Below, piece after piece: positions 8,461 through 18,832 of a stretch of DNA of 64,000 nucleotides; position 1 is the stretch's first letter; every line of letters starts with the position of its first letter. Source of the DNA: Flavihumibacter sp. (GTDB lineage Bacteria > Bacteroidota > Bacteroidia > Chitinophagales > Chitinophagaceae); assembly GCF_036676075.1 (NCBI RefSeq), contig NZ_JAKFDQ010000016.1, positions 104,071 to 168,070 of the forward strand, in the 5' to 3' direction. The notes beneath the pieces were generated by a model. It did not search any database, was not told the DNA's origin, and saw only the letters and a program-made list of their open reading frames with translations. Position numbers and translations under genes: made by a program.

Positions 8461-10974
8461 ATGAAAAGGATCATCCTGATGCTGGCCGCCTTTATGGGAA
8501 GCGCCGTGGCCATGGCGCAATTGCAATCGCCCGACCAATTCCTGGGTTATAAAATTGGTACCCGCTATACTCCACATTATCGTATTGTACAATATTACCA
8601 GCACGTGGCAAAAGAAATGCCCGCACAGGTGAAGCTGGAACAATATGGAGAGTCTACCGAAGGCCGGCCCCTGTTACTCGCCACCGTGGGATCTGCAGAG
8701 AATATTGCAAATATTGAGCAGGTGCGGAACAATAACTTGCGGCTTGCCAATGCAGCCCGCGACAGGATGGCTCCAAATGAGAATGGTCCGGCCATTGTTT
8801 GGCTGAGTTATAATGTTCATGGCAATGAAACTTCCTCGTCTGAAGCTTCCATGATGACCATCTATGAATTACTCAATCCATCAAATGCACAATCAAAAGA
8901 ATGGCTGAAGAATACTGTTGTACTCATCGACCCCTGCCTGAATCCGGATGGGCGTGATCGTTATGTTAACTGGTATACCAGCGTTTTGGGAAAGAATGTG
9001 AATCCACAACCCATCGCCCGCGAACACCGCGAGCCATGGCCCGGTGGAAGAAGCAACCATTATAATTTTGACCTGAACCGCGACTGGGCCTGGCAATCGC
9101 AGGTTGAAAGCCGTCACCGTATCAAAAAATACAATGAATGGCTTCCCCACGTACATGTTGATTTTCATGAGCAGGGGGTAAACGAACCCTACTATTTCGC
9201 ACCGGCAGCTGAACCATTTCACGAGGTCATCAGTAAATGGCAGCGCGAATTCCAGACCATGATCGGCAGAAACCACGCGAAGTATTTTGATAAGAATGGC
9301 TGGCTATATTTTACAAGAGAAAGATTCGACCTCTTTTATCCTTCTTACGGTGATACCTATCCCACCTATAGCGGATCGATCGGGATGACCTATGAGCAGG
9401 GGGGTATCAGGGCCGGACTTGGAATAATAAACGAAGACGGCGATACGCTTACACTTGTTGACAGGGCCCTCCATCATCATACAACGGGTATGAGCACGGT
9501 AGAAATTACCTCGCAGAATGCAGCCCGCGTGGTGAAAGAATTCCGCAGCTATTTCAATAATGCTATCAATAATCCGATCGGCGAATTCAAATCATGGGTC
9601 ATAAAGAATGATGGAACTGATCGTGTAACAAGATTGAAAGAACTCCTTGACCGTAACCAGATAGACTGGTCATGGGCCAACGGTGGTAACCTCAGCGGAT
9701 TGAATTATCTCACTGGTAAATCTGAATCTTTTAAGGCAGAGAAAGGGGATATTGTAATAAACGTTAACCAGCCCAAAGGGAATTTTATAAAAGTGTTGTT
9801 TGAAAGAACTTCCAAATTAAGCGATTCAGCTACCTATGATATCACTGCATGGTCGGTGCCTTTTGCGTATGGATTAAAAACATATGGTGTCGCCAATTAT
9901 ATTACTGCAGTAAATAAAACAGCACCAGAAAATACGGCAACTACCTTCACTGATAACGCTTATGCCTATGCGGTTAAATGGGATGGACTCAACAGCGCGC
10001 GACTGCTGTCAGAATTATTGCAGAAGGGGATCAGGGTTCGCTATGCCGAACAACCCTTCCATATTGGAACGGAGCAATTTGAAAAAGGTACCCTGCTGGT
10101 AACCCAGGCAGCAAATACAGGGAAGCCTGTGAGGCAGGCGCTGGAGGCAGCAGCTAAAAGTACCGGTACAAAAGTATTCCCTGTTGCATCAGGATTTGTT
10201 GATAAGGGCTATGACTTTGGATCTGATCGTGTACGTATAATCAATGCGCCGAAAGTTGCTATGTTATATGGTGAAAATGTTTCCTCCCTTGCCATGGGAG
10301 AACTTTGGCATTTCTTTGATCAGCAACTGGAGTATCCTGTTACGCTAACCAGCGCCAATGATTTCATGCGCGAGGGAATGAATAAGTATAATGTGCTTAT
10401 CCTCGCCGATGGTATGTATGATTTCTTCAGCAAAAAAGAAACCAATGAAGAACTCAAAGCCTGGGTAAGAAGGGGTGGAAAGATCATCGCTCTGGAGAAT
10501 GCTGTAGCACAAATGGCAAAAACAGACTGGGGTATCAAGCTGAAAGAAGATGATGACGATAAAAAAGATGACGATAAAAAAGCAGATTACAGTCTCCTTC
10601 GCAAATATGAAAACCGCGAGCGCGACTGGCTGATGAACAGCATGCCCGGATCAATATTCAAAGTTGAACTCGACCATACACATCCACTGGGTTTTGGCTA
10701 CCCTGATTTTTATTACACCTTAAAGCAGGATGGTAATATATATGAGTATATAAAAGAAGACGGATGGAATGTTGGAGTTATCAAGAAAGACAATTATGTG
10801 AGCGGATTCACCGGAAGTGTTCTGAAAGAAAAGTTAAAGGATGGTTTATTGATCGGTGCACAGGATATGGGAAGGGGACAGGTTGTTTATCTTGCTGATA
10901 ACCCCATATTCAGGAGCTTCTGGGAAAATGGTAAACTGCTGCTTTGCAATGCCGTATTCCTGGTTGGTCAGTAA
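8461..10974 (+). CDS. secreted M14 zinc carboxypeptidase with C-terminal GATase-like domain
   Basis: Signal peptide; VHGNE, NPDG, DLNRD and DFHE zinc motifs. Confidence 0.9.
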   Translation: MKRIILMLAAFMGSAVAMAQLQSPDQFLGYKIGTRYTPHYRIVQYYQHVAKEMPAQVKLEQYGESTEGRPLLLATVGSAENIANIEQVRNNNLRLANAARDRMAPNENGPAIVWLSYNVHGNETSSSEASMMTIYELLNPSNAQSKEWLKNTVVLIDPCLNPDGRDRYVNWYTSVLGKNVNPQPIAREHREPWPGGRSNHYNFDLNRDWAWQSQVESRHRIKKYNEWLPHVHVDFHEQGVNEPYYFAPAAEPFHEVISKWQREFQTMIGRNHAKYFDKNGWLYFTRERFDLFYPSYGDTYPTYSGSIGMTYEQGGIRAGLGIINEDGDTLTLVDRALHHHTTGMSTVEITSQNAARVVKEFRSYFNNAINNPIGEFKSWVIKNDGTDRVTRLKELLDRNQIDWSWANGGNLSGLNYLTGKSESFKAEKGDIVINVNQPKGNFIKVLFERTSKLSDSATYDITAWSVPFAYGLKTYGVANYITAVNKTAPENTATTFTDNAYAYAVKWDGLNSARLLSELLQKGIRVRYAEQPFHIGTEQFEKGTLLVTQAANTGKPVRQALEAAAKSTGTKVFPVASGFVDKGYDFGSDRVRIINAPKVAMLYGENVSSLAMGELWHFFDQQLEYPVTLTSANDFMREGMNKYNVLILADGMYDFFSKKETNEELKAWVRRGGKIIALENAVAQMAKTDWGIKLKEDDDDKKDDDKKADYSLLRKYENRERDWLMNSMPGSIFKVELDHTHPLGFGYPDFYYTLKQDGNIYEYIKEDGWNVGVIKKDNYVSGFTGSVLKEKLKDGLLIGAQDMGRGQVVYLADNPIFRSFWENGKLLLCNAVFLVGQ

Positions 10975-10995
10975 CAAAATACACGATAAGAAATC

Positions 10996-13503
10996 ATGAT
11001 CAAAAGGATACTCCCCCTGTTGTTATTTATAGCAGCAGCAAATGGATCGAATGCCCAGACTCCTCAGATGCCCACGGCAGCCGACATCCTGTTGTCAATG
11101 CAGAAACTTAAAGTGCTGGGCTCAGTACTCTATGTGGCAGCACATCCTGATGATGAGAATACCCGCCTCCTTGCATGGCTGGCTAAGGAAAGAAAATTCC
11201 GAACCGGTTATCTCTCCATAACAAGAGGGGATGGGGGACAGAACCTCATAGGAACTGAGCAGGGTGTATCACTCGGCCTGGTAAGAACACAGGAATTACT
11301 GGCAGCACGTCGTATTGATGGAGCCGAACAATTTTTTACCAGTGCCTACGATTTTGGGTTTTCGAAATCAACTGACGAGGCCCTGCGTGTGTGGAAGAAA
11401 GAAAAGATACTGAGTGATGTGGTTTGGGTTATAAGGAAATTCAGACCCGATGTAATTATCACGCGATTTCCACCCGACGAGAGGGCAGGGCATGGACATC
11501 ATTCGGCATCAGCAGTGCTTGCAATTGAAGCCTTCAAGGCTGCTGCTGATCCAAAAAGATTTCCGGAGCAATTACAATTTCTCAAGCCATGGCAGGCAAA
11601 GAGAATTCTTTGGAACACCTACAATTTCGGTAATACCAATACACAACGCGAAGACCAGTTCAAACAGGATGTTGGAATTTTTAATCCACTCCTTGGAAAA
11701 GGATACGGTGAACTGGCGGCAGAAAGCAGGAGCCAGCACAAGAGCCAGGGATTTGGTGTTCCCCGCCAGCGTGGTCCCCTCTTTGAATATTTCTCGCATA
11801 CAGATGGGGAAGTTCTTCAATCTGACCTCGCCGATGGTGTTATCCTAAACTGGAGCAGGATCGGCTTACCTGAAGTAAACAACAGGATCGATGCCATAGT
11901 CAATAACTTCAAACCACTGGATCCTTCCCAAAGTGTTACTGCCCTGATTGACCTGCGCATTTTAATAAAACAAAAGGCTAACGATGAATACTGGAAGTCT
12001 GTAAAGGTCAAAGAGATCGATGCACTCATCCAGGCATGCATGGGAATCTATTTTGAAGCAGTTACCAATCAGCAGGTTGCTGTAACAGGAGACTCCATTA
12101 GAATAACACTGAATTTTATAAACAGGAGTGCCATCCCCGCGCAAAAGATCAGCGTATCTGTATTTGACTCTTCTTTTACCCTTGCCCCATCGGCCAGCAA
12201 TAACCAGTTGATCAGTACGAGTTTCAACCAGTTTGTGAAGTATGATTTCATGAGCGACCAGCCCTACTGGTTACGCGAGCAGATGGATACCGGCAGCTTT
12301 AATATTAAAACAAACCTGCTGATAGGTGAGCCCCAAAATATTGCGAATGATATATCTGTGAATTTTAGCGTTGGTGCTGTAAACCTAACTATGAAATATC
12401 CCCTTCTCTATAAATTCACAGACCCGGTAAAGGGCGAAATATACCAACCTGTATTTACTGTGCCGCAGGTGGTGGCAGGTGTTCAACCCGCAGTAGTATT
12501 GAGTAATCTGCAACCTAAGCATACTCAGTATGTGCAGCTTTCTTATAAGAGTTATTCGCAGAGTGATACAGCAGAATCAAATATTCGATTTGAAATGCAG
12601 AATGGAAAATCATTGCGCGAAAAGAATATTCCTGTCAAATTACCACTGGTTAAGAACACCATGCAATCCATCACCTTCCCGCTCGATTCTCTCATTGGTG
12701 ATCAAAAACCTAACCTGGTATATCCCTGGCTTGAGTTCAAGGGTAAAGGGAAAAAGAACGGCTTCAATAATGCCATGAAAATTATTGAATACGATCATAT
12801 CCCCACCATCCATTATTTTTTCCCTACCAGTGTTCGTGTGATCAATGAAGAAATAAAAACGGTTGGGAAAAGGATTGGATATATACCCGGATCGGGAGAT
12901 GGGGTAATGGATGCCTTGAAACAAATGGGCTTTATTGTTGACATTCTCGATGAGGCATCACTTGCAGCGGCTGACCTGAGCCGTTATGATGCCATCATTA
13001 CCGGCGTGCGTGCCTATAATGTGCGCGAATCGCTCAATAACCACTATGATAAGCTGATGGCGTATATTAATAATGGGGGTAACCTCATTGTTCAGTATAA
13101 TACTTCCAGCCAGCTGGGCCCGGTAAAGGCTAAGATCGGTCCCTATCCCTTTGATATTTCAAGAACACGCATCACCGATGAGAAGGCTGTAATTAAATTT
13201 GAACAACCTTCGCACCAGCTCATGGAATTCCCTAATAAGATCACGGAAAAGGATTTTGAAGGCTGGGTGCAGGAGCGGAGTATTTACCACGCTTCCAACT
13301 GGGATAAGCGATACGAGACTATCTTTAGTATCAATGACCCCTCCGAAAAGCCTGATTCAGGAAGCCTGATCATGGCCAGATATGGAAAAGGTAATTTTGT
13401 ATATACAGGATTGGTATTTTTCAGGCAGTTGCCTGCAGGTGTGCCCGGAGCTTATCGCTTACTGGCAAACCTCGTGGCACTCAATCAAAAGAAAGGATTC
13501 TAA
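10996..13503 (+). CDS. secreted PIG-L/LmbE-family deacetylase
   Basis: AAHPDDE, TRGDGGQN and HGHH motifs; signal peptide. Confidence 0.9.
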   Translation: MIKRILPLLLFIAAANGSNAQTPQMPTAADILLSMQKLKVLGSVLYVAAHPDDENTRLLAWLAKERKFRTGYLSITRGDGGQNLIGTEQGVSLGLVRTQELLAARRIDGAEQFFTSAYDFGFSKSTDEALRVWKKEKILSDVVWVIRKFRPDVIITRFPPDERAGHGHHSASAVLAIEAFKAAADPKRFPEQLQFLKPWQAKRILWNTYNFGNTNTQREDQFKQDVGIFNPLLGKGYGELAAESRSQHKSQGFGVPRQRGPLFEYFSHTDGEVLQSDLADGVILNWSRIGLPEVNNRIDAIVNNFKPLDPSQSVTALIDLRILIKQKANDEYWKSVKVKEIDALIQACMGIYFEAVTNQQVAVTGDSIRITLNFINRSAIPAQKISVSVFDSSFTLAPSASNNQLISTSFNQFVKYDFMSDQPYWLREQMDTGSFNIKTNLLIGEPQNIANDISVNFSVGAVNLTMKYPLLYKFTDPVKGEIYQPVFTVPQVVAGVQPAVVLSNLQPKHTQYVQLSYKSYSQSDTAESNIRFEMQNGKSLREKNIPVKLPLVKNTMQSITFPLDSLIGDQKPNLVYPWLEFKGKGKKNGFNNAMKIIEYDHIPTIHYFFPTSVRVINEEIKTVGKRIGYIPGSGDGVMDALKQMGFIVDILDEASLAAADLSRYDAIITGVRAYNVRESLNNHYDKLMAYINNGGNLIVQYNTSSQLGPVKAKIGPYPFDISRTRITDEKAVIKFEQPSHQLMEFPNKITEKDFEGWVQERSIYHASNWDKRYETIFSINDPSEKPDSGSLIMARYGKGNFVYTGLVFFRQLPAGVPGAYRLLANLVALNQKKGF

Positions 13504-13668
13504 ATGGCAACCAATAATAACACCCGCAGAGATATGGGGATCATCATTTGTGTGATTCTCGGATTAGTGATCGGTGTCTTCATTAAACGGGTGCATATTG
13601 GACTCATTATTGGATTGGCGATCGGATTACTCACCGCCGGACTGGTATCTGGCAGAAAAAGATCTTAG
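13504..13668 (+). CDS. 54-aa Gly-rich two-TM small protein
   Basis: Manual translation MATNNNTRRDMGIIICVILGLVIGVFIKRVHIGLIIGLAIGLLTAGLVSGRKRS; ATG directly follows the upstream TAA. Confidence 0.7.
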   Translation: MATNNNTRRDMGIIICVILGLVIGVFIKRVHIGLIIGLAIGLLTAGLVSGRKRS

Positions 13669-13670
13669 CC

Positions 13671-13787
13671 ATGTCAGAAGATAAAGTGCCTCTCTTTAAA
13701 TCCTGGACTCACTGGTACATCTTTGTACTGGCATTCCTGCTATTGCTGATCATCGGATTTCATTTTTTTACCCAATACTTCTCATGA
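13671..13787 (+). CDS. 38-aa single-TM protein coupled to the symporter
   Basis: MSEDKVPLFKSWTHWYIFVLAFLLLLIIGFHFFTQYFS; ATGA overlap with the symporter start. Confidence 0.75.
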   Translation: MSEDKVPLFKSWTHWYIFVLAFLLLLIIGFHFFTQYFS

Positions 13788-15481
13788 GTTATATCGACTG
13801 GATAGTGCTGATAGCAACTCTCACAGGTATTATCTCCTATGGATTATACAGGAGCAAAACCAGTAAAGATCTCGATGGCTATTTTCTGAGCAACAGGAGC
13901 ATGCCATGGTACCTGGTTCTCTTAAGTATAATGGGTACTCAGGCGAGTGCCATTACATTTCTTTCAGCACCCGGACAGGCTTTCACCGACGGCATGCGAT
14001 TCGTTCAGTATTATTTCGGATTGCCGCTGGCAATGATCATCATCTCCATTTTCTTTGTGCCCATTTTTCATAAGCTCAAAGTGTTTACCGCCTATGAATT
14101 CCTGGAGAAACGTTTCGATAAAAAAACACGAACCTTCACTTCATTTCTCTTTCTTGTAAGCCGCGGACTATCAACCGGTATCAGCATTTATGCACCGGCA
14201 ATTATACTCTCTTCACTGATGGGATGGAATATTTACTGGACCAATATTTTTATGGGTGGTCTCCTCATCATCTATACCGTTAGTGGAGGCGCTAAAGCTG
14301 TTGCCTATACGCAGCAGCTCCAACTGATTATCATCTTCACCGGAATGTTCATTGCTGCATACATGATGGTGCATCTCCTTCCCGATGGTATCGGGTTCAT
14401 TGATTCACTGAAAGTGAGTGGTAAACTGGGCAGACTGAATGTGATCACCAGCGGTGTCAATGAAAATGGCTTTGCCTGGAACGATCGCTATAATATCTGG
14501 AATGGTATCATTGGCGGCGGCTTCCTCGCACTTTCTTATTTCGGCACCGACCAAAGCCAGGTGGGACGATACCTCACCGCCAAAAGCCTCTCTGAGAGCA
14601 GGGTAGGGCTCCTCATGAACGGCATCGTGAAAGTGCCGATGCAGTTCGCCATCTTACTGATCGGCGCGCTTGTATTCACTTTTTACCAATTTAACCCGGC
14701 TCCCGTTTTCTTTAATAAGGCAGTGGCAGGAAATGTGGTTGACAGTGCAGCCAATCACCGTCTCAAGGCAATTGAGTCCACCTTTAATGAACATTCGGCA
14801 ACACAAACAAGGCTTGTAAATGCATTCGCCAAAGCACCGGAGAACCAGCTGATCATTGATTCAATGCAGGCTAACCAGGCGCTGGTAAACGGAACAAGGG
14901 AAGAATACAAACTCGTATTGAAACAAGCCATGCCGCTTGCTGATACAAATGATACCAACTATATATTCCTGCGATTTGTGGTTGATCATATGCCGGTTGG
15001 ATTAGTAGGGCTACTCATTGCCGTTATATTCCTCGCGGCCTGGGGGAGTATTGCTGCTGCCCTCAATTCACTCGCCTCCAGCACCATGTGCGATATCCAT
15101 AAACAATATGCAGGAACCCCTCGTACTGAATTACAGGAATACAAGATATCCAAATGGTATACGCTGGCTTGGGGAGTGTTCTGCATTTTCGTGGCACAGT
15201 TCGCAACCGATATGGGAAGCCTTATTGAAGCAGTGAATGTGCTGGGATCACTTTTCTATGGCGTAATACTCGGGATATTCCTGGTGGCTTTCTTCTTTAA
15301 GAAGGTTGGCGGCGATGCAACATTCTGGAGTGCCGTCATCACCGAAACAATTATAATCCTTCTCTTCTGGAAATCAGATATTGCCTTCCTCTGGCTCAAT
15401 GTGGTTGGAGCGATGGTGCTGATTATCCTGGCTTTACTCATCAATGCAACGATTGGATCCGGAAAGCGGTCAACAGTATAA
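13784..15481 (+). CDS. sodium:solute symporter (SSS family)
   Basis: About 13 TM; TAYEFLEKRF and GTDQSQVGRYL motifs. Confidence 0.93.
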   Translation: MSYIDWIVLIATLTGIISYGLYRSKTSKDLDGYFLSNRSMPWYLVLLSIMGTQASAITFLSAPGQAFTDGMRFVQYYFGLPLAMIIISIFFVPIFHKLKVFTAYEFLEKRFDKKTRTFTSFLFLVSRGLSTGISIYAPAIILSSLMGWNIYWTNIFMGGLLIIYTVSGGAKAVAYTQQLQLIIIFTGMFIAAYMMVHLLPDGIGFIDSLKVSGKLGRLNVITSGVNENGFAWNDRYNIWNGIIGGGFLALSYFGTDQSQVGRYLTAKSLSESRVGLLMNGIVKVPMQFAILLIGALVFTFYQFNPAPVFFNKAVAGNVVDSAANHRLKAIESTFNEHSATQTRLVNAFAKAPENQLIIDSMQANQALVNGTREEYKLVLKQAMPLADTNDTNYIFLRFVVDHMPVGLVGLLIAVIFLAAWGSIAAALNSLASSTMCDIHKQYAGTPRTELQEYKISKWYTLAWGVFCIFVAQFATDMGSLIEAVNVLGSLFYGVILGIFLVAFFFKKVGGDATFWSAVITETIIILLFWKSDIAFLWLNVVGAMVLIILALLINATIGSGKRSTV

Positions 15482-15489
15482 AAGATACC

Positions 15490-15918
15490 ATGGCCTTTCT
15501 AAAGGGTGGTTTAATACTACTGCTTATTCCGGTTCTCCTGTTCTCCTGCAAGAAAGAACAACTTCGCTCGGGCAGGGAACTGATCGGCGTTTGGGTTGAT
15601 ATTGCACACACGGCCGATACACTGGTGATAACCCGTGAAGCGGGTGGAACCGTTTTGTTCGATAATTCCCTTGCATACCGCACCAATCTTCAAACCTTTT
15701 CATTAGCTACAACTTATCGCTACTATATTAGATTAGGTGATGATGTTATTGCTACAAAACCATTGATAGAATACGGCGTGGATAACGCTTTTGAATCATA
15801 CCGCGAATTTCCCTTTGAATGGCTGGAACCAGGAAGACGATTTAAAATTGAACCTGGGGCCTTCCGGCCCTATATCAGCTGCAGAGGCTGTCTGCTTACT
15901 TTTGAAAGAGTCAGGTGA
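15490..15918 (+). CDS. hypothetical lipoprotein
   Basis: Lipobox LFSC followed by KKE. Confidence 0.7.
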   Translation: MAFLKGGLILLLIPVLLFSCKKEQLRSGRELIGVWVDIAHTADTLVITREAGGTVLFDNSLAYRTNLQTFSLATTYRYYIRLGDDVIATKPLIEYGVDNAFESYREFPFEWLEPGRRFKIEPGAFRPYISCRGCLLTFERVR

Positions 15919-15926
15919 GTGAAGCA

Positions 15927-15962
15927 AAAAAAATCCGGCAACCATGTGGTGCCGGATTTCTG
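15927..15962. terminator. bidirectional terminator between convergent genes
   Basis: AAATCCGGCA-N9-TGCCGGATTT flanked by A/T runs. Confidence 0.7.
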
Positions 15963-15994
15963 TTTTTAATTCAATCCTATTTCTATGGATCTTA

Positions 15995-16831
15995 TTATTT
16001 GAGTGTTGCAAGCAACTTCTCGTTCAAAGCAACATAATCATCGTTCTGTGCTTTCTTAGCAAGTTCAATTGACTTGTTTGCAGTGGCGATTGCTTCCTGC
16101 TTCTTACCCTGTTTTGCAAGGGCATTGGCTTTCTGGTGGTAGATCCAGAATGCATTCGGATTCTGCTCAATTGCTTTGTCGAGCCAACCCACTGCCTTGT
16201 TAAGATCTTTTCCATTCTCCAGATAGTACATCGCTGCATTAAAATAAGGACGGTTATCCTTATTCATCAGGTTGTCGATCTGGCTCATGATCTTGTCTTC
16301 AATGTTGGCCTTAACGGGAACGGCTACCCCAACATTCGCCCAGATGATCTCGAGATCCATGGATGATGCTTTCACATTATCAAAAACGATCATGAAGTTC
16401 TCAACATTAAAAGGTAATGTCTCCGCCTTGGCAGTGATGCGGGCAACATCCTGGTCTTGCTTATATGCAGCCGGACTGGTTACATCAGTTTGCTTGGAAA
16501 TGATGATGGTCCACTCTGATTGTCCGGGTATAGTAAGCAATCCATATTTACCTGCTGGTACGGGCTTATCGCCAACAATCACATCTTCACCAAAAGTGAT
16601 GGTGGTGGCAGCATTTGCCCCTGTGCGCCATACTTTTCCAAAAGGAACCAGGTCGCCGAATACCTTACGGCCACGCACAGCCGGGCGTGAATAATTCACT
16701 TCAACATTTGATAGGGCAAACTCCTGTTTGATAGTAGTTGCCGGACTAGGCGCCGGCGTACGAAGTTGCTGCGCCTCCACCGCCTGCAAAGTGCAGAAGG
16801 CAAGTGTGAAGGCTAAAATCGCTTTTTTCAT
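15995..16831 (-). CDS. DUF2911-domain protein with C-terminal TPR
   Basis: YSRPAVRGRKVFGDLVPFGKVWRTGAN signature; TPR-like tail. Confidence 0.88.
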   Translation of the reverse strand: MKKAILAFTLAFCTLQAVEAQQLRTPAPSPATTIKQEFALSNVEVNYSRPAVRGRKVFGDLVPFGKVWRTGANAATTITFGEDVIVGDKPVPAGKYGLLTIPGQSEWTIIISKQTDVTSPAAYKQDQDVARITAKAETLPFNVENFMIVFDNVKASSMDLEIIWANVGVAVPVKANIEDKIMSQIDNLMNKDNRPYFNAAMYYLENGKDLNKAVGWLDKAIEQNPNAFWIYHQKANALAKQGKKQEAIATANKSIELAKKAQNDDYVALNEKLLATLK

Positions 16832-16913
16832 ATTGGTTAAATTTGAGGTGGTAAAGATAACAGCTAATAAGCTTAATTGTTTATGAAGTTGGATTTCAGG
16901 TTGGTGGAATTTA

Positions 16914-17816
16914 CTATCGACGGAAGGAAGGATGGAAATCGTGCAGGGTCTTTCTCAGGAACTCCCGGTCCAAATGCGTATAGATCTCAGTGGTGGTAAT
17001 GCTTTCATGGCCCAGCATTTCCTGCACCGCTCTCAGGTCGGCCCCACCTTCCACTAAATGGGTGGCAAAAGAATGCCGGAAAGTATGCGGCGAAACGGTC
17101 TTCGTTATGCCCGCCACCTTCGCCAGCTCTTTGATCATCAGGAAGATCATCACCCTTGTCAGCTTGTCGCCCCGCCGGTTAAGAAATAATATATCCTCAG
17201 CACCGCTCTTAATGGTCATAAATCGTCTCGTGTGTTCACGGTATATCCCGATCTGCTGAACTGCCTTATCACCAATAGGTACCAGCCGCTCTTTATCACC
17301 TTTTCCTGTTACCCTGATAAAACCACTTTCCAGAAAAAGGCAGGAGATTTTGAGTCCAACTACCTCGCTCACCCGAAGTCCGCAGCTATACATGGTCTCC
17401 AGTATCGCCTTGTTGCGTTCGCCCTCAGGTTTACTTCTGTCAACAGCTCCTATAAGCATCTCTATCTCTTCAAAACTCAAAGTATCAGGTAACATCCTTT
17501 TCAGCTTTGGACTCTCCAGCAGAATCGTCGGATCTTCTCTGCTGATCTGCTCCACCAGGCAGTACTTATAAAAACTGCGAATGCCCGATAATATCCTTGC
17601 CTGTGATGCCTGCGTCATTCCCAGTTCACCTACCCACCGGATGAACTGCTGCAGGTGCTCCATCTGCAGTTGGTCCGGATTGTACATCCACCCCTGTAGC
17701 TGTAAATATTGCGTGAGCTTTTCCAGATCATGGAGATAAGCTTCCACCGAATGATCCGATAGTGATTTCTCCAACCTCAGCCATGCTTTGAATCCTTTTT
17801 TATAGGGCGCCCACAT
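16914..17816 (-). CDS. xerD: site-specific tyrosine recombinase XerD (start revised to ATG 17816)
   Basis: N-terminal SAM-like domain; GLRVSE, GKGDKER, HTFRHSFATHL, LGHESITTTEIY. Confidence 0.9.
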   Translation of the reverse strand: MWAPYKKGFKAWLRLEKSLSDHSVEAYLHDLEKLTQYLQLQGWMYNPDQLQMEHLQQFIRWVGELGMTQASQARILSGIRSFYKYCLVEQISREDPTILLESPKLKRMLPDTLSFEEIEMLIGAVDRSKPEGERNKAILETMYSCGLRVSEVVGLKISCLFLESGFIRVTGKGDKERLVPIGDKAVQQIGIYREHTRRFMTIKSGAEDILFLNRRGDKLTRVMIFLMIKELAKVAGITKTVSPHTFRHSFATHLVEGGADLRAVQEMLGHESITTTEIYTHLDREFLRKTLHDFHPSFRR

Positions 17817-17888
17817 TTTCTGCTCCGATTCTTTTGGAAAGCAATTTAACGCATTGAAACCTTTATATTGCGCTTTCTTAAAATCAGT

Positions 17889-18419
17889 ATGGAGAGCATG
17901 ATCGCAGCAATTAATACCCGTGCCGTTAACCTCAGGAAGTTTAAAAAACAACTGCTTACTACAAAGAGTAAATTTCGTCGCTTCCTTACTAAACTGGAAG
18001 CTAAAAGGCCGAGGGGATTAGACCAGCTCACACCCGTATTGGAAAAAGAAGTTTGGGAAGAGATCGATTGCCTTACCTGCGCCAACTGCTGTAAGACCAT
18101 GAGCCCCACCTTCAATAAAAAAGATATCACACGCATCTCCGCTCACCTTGGAATGACCGAAGCCGCTTTTAAAGATAAATGGCTCTACCTCGAGAAAAAA
18201 GATAACGACTGGATGAATCGCAAACAGCCCTGCCAGTTCCTGAATCTCCAGACCAATATGTGCAACATATATGAAGTGAGACCAGCGGATTGTGCCGGCT
18301 TTCCTCATCTTTCAAAAAAGAAATATGTGGACTATGTGCATGTGCATAAACAGAATATACAGTATTGTCCCGCCACACATAGAATGGTCGAAAAAATGAA
18401 AGCTGTTGTGCCTGTTTAA
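17889..18419 (+). CDS. YkgJ-family Cys-cluster (putative Fe-S/Zn) protein; start uncertain
   Basis: CxxCxxCC, PCQFL, CNIYEVRPADCAGFP. Confidence 0.85.
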   Translation: MESMIAAINTRAVNLRKFKKQLLTTKSKFRRFLTKLEAKRPRGLDQLTPVLEKEVWEEIDCLTCANCCKTMSPTFNKKDITRISAHLGMTEAAFKDKWLYLEKKDNDWMNRKQPCQFLNLQTNMCNIYEVRPADCAGFPHLSKKKYVDYVHVHKQNIQYCPATHRMVEKMKAVVPV

Positions 18420-18448
18420 AAGGCAGCGCACTCTTTTACTGGCATCTC

Positions 18449-18799
18449 TTAGGAAATATCTTCCAGCAATTGAATATTATGCCCCTCTGGTGCAAAGATG
18501 ATACTTACAATGTCAAACTGCACCCTTCGCCATTGAGGAAAGATTTCCAGGTAAGCTTCCGCGGCAGTTTTTATATTCTTTAGTTTTCTTCTTGTCACCT
18601 GTTCTTCAGGCATACCAAAGCCATGTCCCCTCCGGGTTTTGACTTCAATAAAATGCAGGATATTATCAAGGGAGGCAATGATATCTATTTCTTTGCGGCC
18701 ATATTTCCAGTTGCAGGCCAGGATGGTGTAGCCTCTTTGTGCAAGCCATTGGGCGGCGAGCTTTTCACCACTTTGGCCAGTATCAAGGTGAATCCGCAT
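18449..18799 (-). CDS. YraN (UPF0102) family endonuclease-like protein; start revised
   Basis: GQSGEKLA...EIDIIA...FIEVKTR...FDIVSI. Confidence 0.9.
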   Translation of the reverse strand: MRIHLDTGQSGEKLAAQWLAQRGYTILACNWKYGRKEIDIIASLDNILHFIEVKTRRGHGFGMPEEQVTRRKLKNIKTAAEAYLEIFPQWRRVQFDIVSIIFAPEGHNIQLLEDIS

Positions 18800-18832
18800 G
18801 GTTTGATGTTTTGCAGTACTTTCGACCAGCAT

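Noticed and set aside
16914-17816. xerD as the integrase of the cassette array
   Set aside because: It has ordinary XerD length and motifs, sits in a housekeeping neighbourhood 36 kb away, and shows no evident IntI-specific insertion. Action in trans cannot be excluded but has no support here.
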